From contig JYFJ02000586.1 in the NCBI GenBank assembly GCA_000934665.2, positions 62,001 to 121,210 on the forward strand: a DNA stretch of 59,210 bases. Reading direction: 5' to 3'. Shown one piece after another: positions 50,101-59,210 of this stretch (position 1 is the stretch's first letter; every line of letters begins with the position of its first letter). Source of the DNA: Catajapyx aquilonaris. Taxonomy: Eukaryota. The notes beneath the pieces were generated by a model that worked only from the letters and a program-made list of their open reading frames with translations, made no database searches and was not told the DNA's origin. The translations under genes were made by a program, and so were the position numbers.

Positions 50101-53100
50101 GTTGGGCTGGGTCTATGGGTGCGCTTTAACTCATACAAGTCATCGCCAGTGGGTCTCATTAAAGAAGCAATTCGCCAACACAAACGCTTTTGAATAGTCC
50201 TTCCTCTCCGTCTTCCTTTGAGGCGTCAGCAAGAGAGGACATTTTTTTTGCCTTCTAACTTAAAATGAGTGGAGAAAAACTTTTCAATTGTCCCCTTGTG
50301 TCTCTTTACAAGTATTTTCATATATATTTTTAAAAAGTACACTTGTGTTGATTGCATGCATATTGATGCTTCTGCCATACAGAGGTCACATTGCTGAAAG
50401 TTTGAACAGTGGTCGTGTCTGCCTAGAAGCAACGGTTTTTAGCATTTGACCAGCAGGCTCCATACCTATACACGTTCAAAAAATTTCATCTTGCGGACAT
50501 GAAAGGCCAGTCTTGCGCCCCCATAAATCCAAGTGGGTGCAGGTGTCGCTGGTGCGAGCGCCGCGTATGGATTTTTTTTCCCCAGACTCTATAGGGCATT
50601 GCCCTTCTTTTACCTCTCGCCCCCGAAAAAGCAATCCATCCACCACATACTTTTACACTCTACTTCAACGGTGCGAGAATTTTTTTTTTGCGACGGCTCA
50701 AAGTGCGAAATGAAACGTACAAAGCATTGCAACTATTCTCAATAAAAAAAAGTGGGAGACCCTAAGGAGAAGAGTGTCAGTTTGATTGGCGAATGACAGA
50801 CGAGGGAATAGAAAAAGGGTCGGATTATGTTTGCCCAACTTGGTTCTGATCCGGACCGTTGGCCACATTCCAGGCACTTTTAAAACGCTTCTGGAGATGG
50901 ATAAAATGATGACCGTCCAAAAGAGTTTGTCCAGATAGTCCTTTTGTGTGTGAGAGAGGTATACCTGAAACCCTTCCTCTTTTTTTTTTTTTTTTTTTTG
51001 CACTGCGACATTCTTAAAGGCAGAGTGGTGATGCTCTCTTTGACAGCCTTTATTAACTACTTTTAGCTTCAAAGGCACCGAATTTGCCAAGATGGCACAT
51101 CTCTCGTTTTGTAGAAAACCGACTTGTTAATTGCACAACATAGTGGTGTCTTTGATGTGCTGCATGTCAATAAATTGCGAGGTTGGTACTAAAATGTGCC
51201 AAGTTTCTCCAAAACACAAAGTCTGCTGGCCATTTGAAAATGATTATTTCCTGCTCCGAGCCAATTCAGGCCCCCCACTATCCAGTCATATCCTCCTTAC
51301 GCCCATTAAATCGCCTGCAGAAGTGTCCTAAATGGTTCATCAACGGAGCAAGTTAGTTTAAAACCGGCCCCAGGGTGAAACGAGCCAGCCGCTTCTGCAG
51401 AACCAAACGCACCATAGAATTTGAGGAATATTAGACACAAGGCGATGTAAGGATGGGTCCCCCCCAAAATATCCTTGACAAAGACAGAGCGGTTTGATCA
51501 TCATTTTGCCATACACTCTCAGGGTGTATAGACATCCTTGCATATAATGACTGATGAGAGTGGTTGGTGCATTAGAAAGGGTCAGTGGGGTTCTTGCAGC
51601 TCGTTCCTAATACACCGCATTGATCCTGTGGTGCAGGATCCAACGTTGCCACCTATTTCTCTTCCACCTCCCTGCACATGCACAAATTACACCCCATATT
51701 CCCATTCCAACTATTTCTTCAAAATTAACTGTTTTCCCCTAAGGGCTCTCTTGGCTACCTTCTGTGCTGTGGAATTCGAAATGTTCTTTACATCAGGGTT
51801 AGCACGTTGATTGGATTATTTTCTCATGTCAAGTAAACACTGCGGGGCAATCCAGTCAGTTCCGTGCAAACTCCGGAATAATATACCTCACTGTAGAGTC
51901 AAGTGCTGAAGATTGAATTTCAAAATGCCTCAAGGACTACAGTAGAGCCAACAGCACTGAATATACAAAAGCAATGTGATTCGTGGAGCGACGTTTAGCC
52001 AGCAGGGTCAAGTGCTTGTTGCAGTGAGTCGTTCCTCTGAGACCAGACAATAAAAGTACAGGTTGGGGTCACGTGAAGTGCGCGGCCCAGGTTGTCACCC
52101 ATGGGGCCTGGGTTGACAGATGTAAAGAGACCCTAGTAGCAGGCAGCTGGGCTCATGGGAGCCAACCTTTCTCACCGGCCAGAAGAGAGTGCCGGGGAAA
52201 ACCCGATTAGACCTTCTTGTGCCCAGATAACGAGCCTAATAACTAGACGCTCCCCACACAATTACAGCACGTGCCAAGGCTGCCTCACGGCTTCAAACCA
52301 TGGGCTTACACTTACCGAATCTACGGCCCTCCATGTTCTCCAAGCCAGTCACTAATTTCGAATAACCTCAGGCGAGAAAAGCCTGTCCAACTTCCGCGCA
52401 TCATCAGCGAATTTTCGTTTTCTAAAATAACTTGGGTACGTAAGTCTTCTGCGATCTATATGATACACGTGTTCCAGTTCATGGTAAAAAGTACTACTAT
52501 AAATAACTTTCCTCGACCTGCATGATCTTTTACCGTAATGGATGTGGCACACTGTATAGTGCGCAAAAAATAACGGCCTACAGGGATAACTGCAGGAACA
52601 ATGACGTCCTAGTTAAAGACAGATTCTTAGCCACTGTATTCTTGAAGTACAATGTTAATGATAAATTACCTCGTTTACATCCTGACATTCCGTCAATAAT
52701 AATTTTTTAACTTTCTAACAACAACAAAAAAAAAACACTGAGAATCGAAAGGCATATGTTACAAGTTCTGTGTTGCGGAAGATCAGAATATTATCATTTC
52801 CCCATAAAACTGTAATGAATAATGCTATAAGTTAACGGCCCGCCTGAGACCCAATGCTCCAAGTAATTTCTCCCATTTTTTGCACTGTTCCCGCAAAAGA
52901 AATTTAATAAAGGCAGAATCTTTTGAATTCATGCGGCCGAATTCAGTAGCTATTGTCGAGCTTCGATTGTACAGTATGCAGCCTAGTGCGCCTCTCGACT
53001 GCAAGAAAGGCACCGCAACATGCGTCACTGGCCCCTCTAAAAATGAGCAGTTCATTCAGGTACGCTTGGCTGTGGTGGACGAATCGTGACCTGAAGACAC

Positions 53101-56100
53101 TTTTGGCCCGAGCTGATTTGTACGTGCAACACGTGATACCACGCGGGAAAAGAAACAAAAGAACAATCAACTCAATCAAGTACTTACTTTGGACCGGATT
53201 CATGGCTTCCTCCCTTGAACCATCATGGCTTCTTCAGCCAGTTGCCGACCAAAATCAAAGGAGCTGAAAAAATAAAGGAGTAATTTTATCACTTGCGAGA
53301 ACTTCCTTTGAGATAAATCGCAACTTGATGCGTTTAAAAGCTGCTACTATTGTGGTTTGCTGGCCAAAGAAATGTCACAAAGGTTTGTAAGAGGTTACGT
53401 GTGTGTATTGTAGCATATCAGATTATCAGGATAATCTTGCTGCTACAGAGTGAAAAATTACGAAACAAAAATGGAATCAGGGTTTATTTTTGTAACCTTT
53501 ATAGATAGTTTTGTGCTCAAAGCAGGTATAATTTACCTCGTAGAACAGATAGTGTCCGGGGTGGTATTTTTGGAGAATTATTTTCGATCACGGTTTAACA
53601 CCTGGGGATATTCTGGCATCTTCCATGAGAAAGTACTCCAATAGGTCTTTGAAGTGCGAGTACAAGATAGGAATTTCAACGATGGTACGGTACCTAACAA
53701 TGTCTTAAGTAAAAGTGAAACTCAGTTATTCTTATTGGGTTTATGAAGTCAAAAAAATCCTGGTTTGACATTGGAGAATTTGGATTTTTGTATAGCTTGA
53801 CTGGGTGTTTGAATGTGCACGTATTTAATTTCTATGTCGATTGTAGATGGTAATGTGCAGCGTTATGAGTCGCGTGCTACAGCATTATTTTAAAACTGAT
53901 ATTTAGTGAAATCGATGATGAGGCAAACCTGATGGCTGCACAGTGTGGCAACCCTTCTCGTGGACTGTTACAACGTGACAGCTCACACATTAATTGAATT
54001 AAATATCAGCTTCAGTGAATAATACCCTATGTGACTATAATACTGTAATGGGGCATGATCATTCCATTGCTGTAAAAATCAAAATTAAAATTACTGCACA
54101 TTGCTTTCTCCTACTGGGGCCATTTCAAAGTTGATATAATTCTTATAATTCCAGTTCGCAAATTTCAAACCCATATTTTCAGGAGAACTTGTTACATGCA
54201 ATCTCCACTAAATAATGGTCCACAGAGAAAAAATGATCCTTGAAGGGATATTTTTTTGGAAAAAGGGATCCATACTAAATATGCAATCTTGCAACTCCTC
54301 ACAGTGAAATGTGATTGTTCTGCATTTCACACATTTTCCTTAAGTTAGAAGATTTCTGATAACAATCGCAAGGCCTACTTTCCTTCCTTTTCAGTTAACA
54401 TTTGAGAAAATTATCGTCTTCTTGCGATATCCCACTGAATCCCTACCTGAAGCAGACATATCATTCTGCTGATCTCTCAAGTCACGTGAGACACTAAAAA
54501 TGAGATATTTCCATACATCCTGTTAAAATTCATAGTGAGAAAGCTGCGCAGCACGTTAAAAATGATCATTCCGAGCTGAGAGGTGCATCACCTCAAGTAA
54601 TTCCGTCGAACAACCTTCGCTGGTGTGCCTTTCATAACAAGGACGATGGCGCTAGAGTCAGAATGAATTATAAGTCCGGGATGTTCATGAAACTCGAGCG
54701 CCGTTGCCACGCTCGACGAAATCAACGGATGCGCAAGTAGGAAATTCTGACAAAGGAAGGGTTTTTATGCGATGGGAAGGATGCCAGACTCTTAGTAGGG
54801 GTTGGGGCATTATATGAGACACTTTCATTCAACCGGAACGTCGTCAATGGCACATTTCAATAACAGACGATCGATCGATTGATCGCTTTTAGTTCTGGAA
54901 CTATAGGAGCATCCACAAATTTTTATCTCATTACTTTTTTTGCCACGTGTCGAGGGGGAAGTAGACGAGTTTATTGATCTAAAACTACAGGAATTATTTA
55001 TTGTCAAAGCTCAATTGATGTACTGAACATCCCTGCACGGGATTGAAGTACAAAACATTGGTTATTTTTAAACGATTCGTATTATACTGTAATTTTCATC
55101 GTAAAATTCCTGGCAATTTTCAAATTTTTATTCCAGCCATCAAAATTCAGACACCTAAATCAATTTACTTCCCAAAGGCAATCTATGGATATTACTGCAA
55201 CTGAGTAAAAATTGCTCTCCTTTGTTGTTGTGGATTCCCATTTTCAAAGCATAGCTAGGCATTCCAGTTAATCAGACCCGCTCACATGATGACGCTGGTT
55301 CTATAGTACGTACAATAGCAATTGATCCTCATGCCCTGTACAAAACCTACAAGAGAACCACAGACTTCTGTTCAGTACAGGCTACAAAACACATCAAATC
55401 CAAAGAGCCACTAGAAGTGCCCAAGGAGGTTCTCCAATACGTTACACAACACCCTGACAAATCACAGATGACTCTTGACCACGGATCGACAGTATTTTCT
55501 GTCTCTAATAGAGTGGAACTGACATACAACCAACACAAGGTGGTTCAAAACTAAATGGGCGTGGTGCACAAGAATCACCCAGCAGTGCTCCTTGGGTAAG
55601 AATGTGGGAGGGATGAGGTCTTGGGGTGGAATTTCTTACAGTACTCCCTCATAATAATTTCCAGCATCCTACCATATAGCAAGGGCAGTGGCCTGCAGAT
55701 GCTGCCGCCTCCAGGCTGCGAGCTTGGGCGTGGTAATGTCACTGCCTGATGCTTCTTCCTTTCTACCCTATTTCTCAGATGTGAAGTGTCGAGGAAAACG
55801 ACTACCCACGCTGGAGGGTATGAAATAACTACAGGCTATTTCCACGTCGAGCGCATATATCATAGTGCAGCAATACCATTTGCAGAACAACCAGACAGTT
55901 AATATAGCAAAATTTTGCGAGAAGCTGCTGCATGCAGTCGGACCAGCTCAAATTCACAGGCGCTGTTGCACTATCACGCTTCAGTGAACCTCACAGTGGG
56001 GCTAATAAATGCGCTTAAAAATTATAAAAAAAATCTGAATAAAACGGAGTAAATAACAAAGTGTTACAGCAGGCAAAGTGCCGGTCCTTTTCTGCATGTA

Positions 56101-58449
56101 GTAACTGTAATTGCATGTAAGGGATTTAATTACGGCTTGAAATAAAAGTCGAAAATTGAACATTTTACATCTCGAATTCATCCATTAAACTGGCATAATA
56201 ACTGAAACAACGTGGTAAATTATTCTCCCAAATTATTATCATCAAGTGTGTAATGGTGATCGCGCAGGTATAGACCCTATCACGGGGAAACCATTATTAT
56301 AATTATTATATTAAAAGGCCCAGTTGTATCTGTTAGTTGGAGAGAATGAGCCTCGTTTTCACTCCCACCCTTCCATCATTTTCTTTTTCCTCTTTTGAAT
56401 GCTGCGCTTCTGGGCATCCACATTTTGGTCATATTGGCTGTTTTCGTTCTGCATGGCACAGGGCGGTAGGATGTTCTTAATGAACTGTGGTGCGGGTTTA
56501 TACAAAGTCCCGTAATGCTTTGTGAGCTCATAATAGGATATTATTATGTAGGATCCTTCACATAAAGTAATACAATGTGCCCAACGGCGTGTAAGGCAGG
56601 AACATGCAAATATGGAAAAGCCTTTTGACCAGGAACCTCCATAACAACACTGGTATCCGGCACTATTCATGATTTTTTTTTTCTTTTCCAAAGGAAGATT
56701 TTAACAGGAAACAATTTCGGTTGGGGCCCACACTTACCAGGTAAATTCAAAAGGTTAGCGTGCAAACCACCTTCGAGGCAGTTCCCATTCCTCCCTGAGA
56801 ACCCACGCAAATCTTGTTCGATATAGATTGAGTATAGGGGAATGGAATCAGTATGGAAGCATATTATAAGATTCAATTAGGGGATGCCTTTCACTCCAAA
56901 ATTGTAGGGGGAAAAAAGGCGTTCTTAAGTTACCTGCATTTTGCTGCAGAATCCGTCCTTCCGTCCAAAATCTACTCAATGATATGAATATTTTCTCAAA
57001 TTTCAGATTTCAATGTTTAAATCCCTCTGGGCAAAAAGTGTATTAATTCGCTACTTTGTGCACCCTGTTGCATATACCAAATGTTTTCTGATTGGTTGCA
57101 GCAGAGACAGGTCTTTGAAGTAAATTGTGACGCCAAGTACAGTATACCTCCTTACATAAATATTTTTCCAGTGTTATTTCCCAACATCACGTTTCCACAT
57201 AGAAATCAAACAATCTGGCATGCAGAGCTTTTACTGAGCAGTATACTTTATGACCGCTCCTCTGCCCTGGATAACAAATCAGATGGGTTACTCTGGGAAA
57301 AGGAAAGTTCGCTAATTTGAGATGTTCTGAATTATACTGCACCGGATAAATTGTACTCGATTCCGCATTTCCCAAATATTGCAAACGTCTTGTTTGAATT
57401 TTTCTTAAGTGATCCCCAATTATGCACTTTGCTCCGCAGTTCATTAGCCTCGATAGTATGCACTGAGCTGATCTTTAGGCTCAATATGAACTGCTAGTTG
57501 CCTCAGTTCATACGAGGTTATAATTCATCAGCAGTGCTGGCCTAAAAATATGCAATGGTGGTGATATGATGGTGTGTGCGTGCTTATGCTATCATACTCC
57601 CATGTGCCGAAACCTACGAATATTCCACAGTGTTCAAAATTCAACATAGGTATTCACCTGTATAGCCTACCCTACGGCTACATCCCGACTGTAATTAATC
57701 AGTGCCGGTGCATGCAGTTAGTGTTACGTTTATAACGTCCCAAAAGTCCCAAAAGCCAGCTTAAATCCATATCGTCTGAAAATCCTGCATAACCTCCCTT
57801 ATCTTGACCTCCATGTTTGTGAATTGGCAAAGCATGAAAAAAATGTGTGTTGCAGTACAAGATGTGGAATGTTACACTTGAAGGGCAGGACGGAGAAGCG
57901 AATTTACACCGACGGATCTGACTCGTGAGCTGACAACTGAAACGCACGGTGTAGTATAAGAACTCATAGCTCAGTGTCAAAAGTACTCGACGCTGTATTA
58001 TTACTCGGTGATAAATGTGCTGCAGATGTTTTGGGAAATACATAGGCCTACATATTTTTATAAGAGGTCAAAATACTGTATACTGCACTTACTCGTACGT
58101 ACAATCCACGAATGTTCACTTCGTACACTCAGTCAACATTCACAATTTAATGTCTACTCCCACACTATCCGTAAAATAAATCACTATATAGCACTAGTAC
58201 AGGGACACGTGGAAAAACTAGGAGCACTTCTTATACAGGGCGTTACAATGGAATCTTTAGCGATTTTTTTTTGCCTTAATCTGCATATTTTAATCAGTTA
58301 CTTTGCAGTAGTTGTAGTGGTTATTGAACGTATTACCTACAAACAATAAGCGAAATTCTTAATTGCAATGTTTTTTCTGACTAGAAAAGCCTATTGGAAC
58401 AACTGCCACCGAAGGTGAATGATCCTATGCCTAATATTAGCAGCTAATA

Positions 58450-58788
58450 CCGAAGCAGTCGTGGTGGATTGGATATGGTGTCCGACTGCTAATCGGGAGG
58501 TCCGGGGATCAAATCCCGGGGCCGGCAACTCTGACCGTGGTTTTCTGAGGTTTCCCACGGTCCTTCCAGGAAAATTCCGGAGTTGCTTCCGTAATTAATA
58601 GGCCACAGCCGCTTCCTTCCGCCCCTATCCTATCCCAAAAAGCACAGTAAAATGAAAGCAAAGAGTTCCAGGCAAAACAAACTTCCCCCCTAAAGAGCCG
58701 ATGGTTGATAACGGGGTATGAATTATTATTATTATTATCATTATTATTGTTATTATTATTATTATTGTTATTATTATTATTATTATTA

Positions 58789-58850
<62 letters not shown>
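58450..58850 (+). mobile_element. tRNA-derived SINE (family B), full length, ~400 bp including (ATT)n tail
   Basis: tRNA-like head from 58455 (A-box TGGTGGATTGG, anticodon arm TCCGA-CTGCTAA-TCGGG, B-box-like GGATCAAATCC). Body ggttttctgaggtttccc...caggaaaattccgg...aggccacagccgcttccttcc resembles insect Lm1/Talua-type SINE cores. Exact 16-bp TSD atattagcagctaata at 58434-58449 and 58851-58866. Confidence 0.9.
58722..58850. repeat. (ATT)n microsatellite, ~43 units, a few interruptions; tail of SINE family B
   Basis: Directly visible; explains the spurious poly-Ile ORF 58625-58876. Confidence 0.97.
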
Positions 58851-58854
<4 letters not shown>

Positions 58855-59210
58855 TAGCAGCTAATAATTTCGACAAGCACTAAAAGTAACTATTGAAACG
58901 TAACTACTTAAAAATAAGCAACCTGATCGATGCCCAAAATCTCTAATTAGGCCTACTGATAAAATTTACACAATATATGAAATGAATACTGTACAGAAAC
59001 CAAGGTTTGGCTAAAACATACCAGGATTTTTAGTGTCAGATTTACATGCCCTTGCTGTACATGAGCACATTTCAGTTCATAGTGAGAGCCACAGCAGATA
59101 CATTCATGATACATACTTGCTCTGATCTGAAAATATTGGGACACCCCCAAAAAATGGAGTGGTGGGGTTATACACAGGATGTGATAAAAAGTTTCCATTA
59201 AGATTATCTG

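Noticed and set aside
58455..58527. Functional tRNA-Ser(GCT) gene
   Set aside because: Acceptor stem imperfect, no long variable arm, T-loop GATC instead of GTTC, and it is embedded in a SINE with tail and TSD.
58625..58876. Poly-Ile ORF
   Set aside because: Translation of the (ATT)n SINE tail on the minus strand.
1..59210. CRISPR array, rRNA or prokaryotic operon-type system
   Set aside because: No regularly spaced repeats, rRNA-like sequence or dense ORF organisation; the window is intron-rich animal DNA.

Overview
Eukaryotic genomic DNA, almost certainly arthropod and probably insect (inferred from protein and repeat families). The first ~21.5 kb hold a spliced + strand voltage-gated K+ channel gene of the Shaw/Kv3 family, most like the Shaw-like (Shawl/Shaw2) paralogue. 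Model built by hand from splice signals and phase: 988-1181, 5951-6083, 8247-8426, 14065-14814, 15681-15879, 20354(or 20333)-20512, 20572-20729, 21138-21243, 21324-21445 = 2001 nt, 666 aa (673 aa with the upstream acceptor). Exons 1-5 are secure; tail exons 7-9 rest mainly on splice signals and frame continuity. The remaining ~38 kb contain no host gene I can recognise. They carry decayed mobile elements: two back-to-back mariner-like 3' halves plus a third fragment, a Sola-like relic, two tRNA-derived SINEs with target-site duplications, and a truncated retroposon 3' end. Introns contain a nested palindrome (5504-5728) and a 111-bp hAT-type MITE. I found no clearly new biological system. The best leads are the nested palindrome, the combinatorial C-terminal splicing options, the tail-out mariner fusion and a possible SINE/LINE shared 3' end. 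All family assignments are from remembered motifs; no database search was run.
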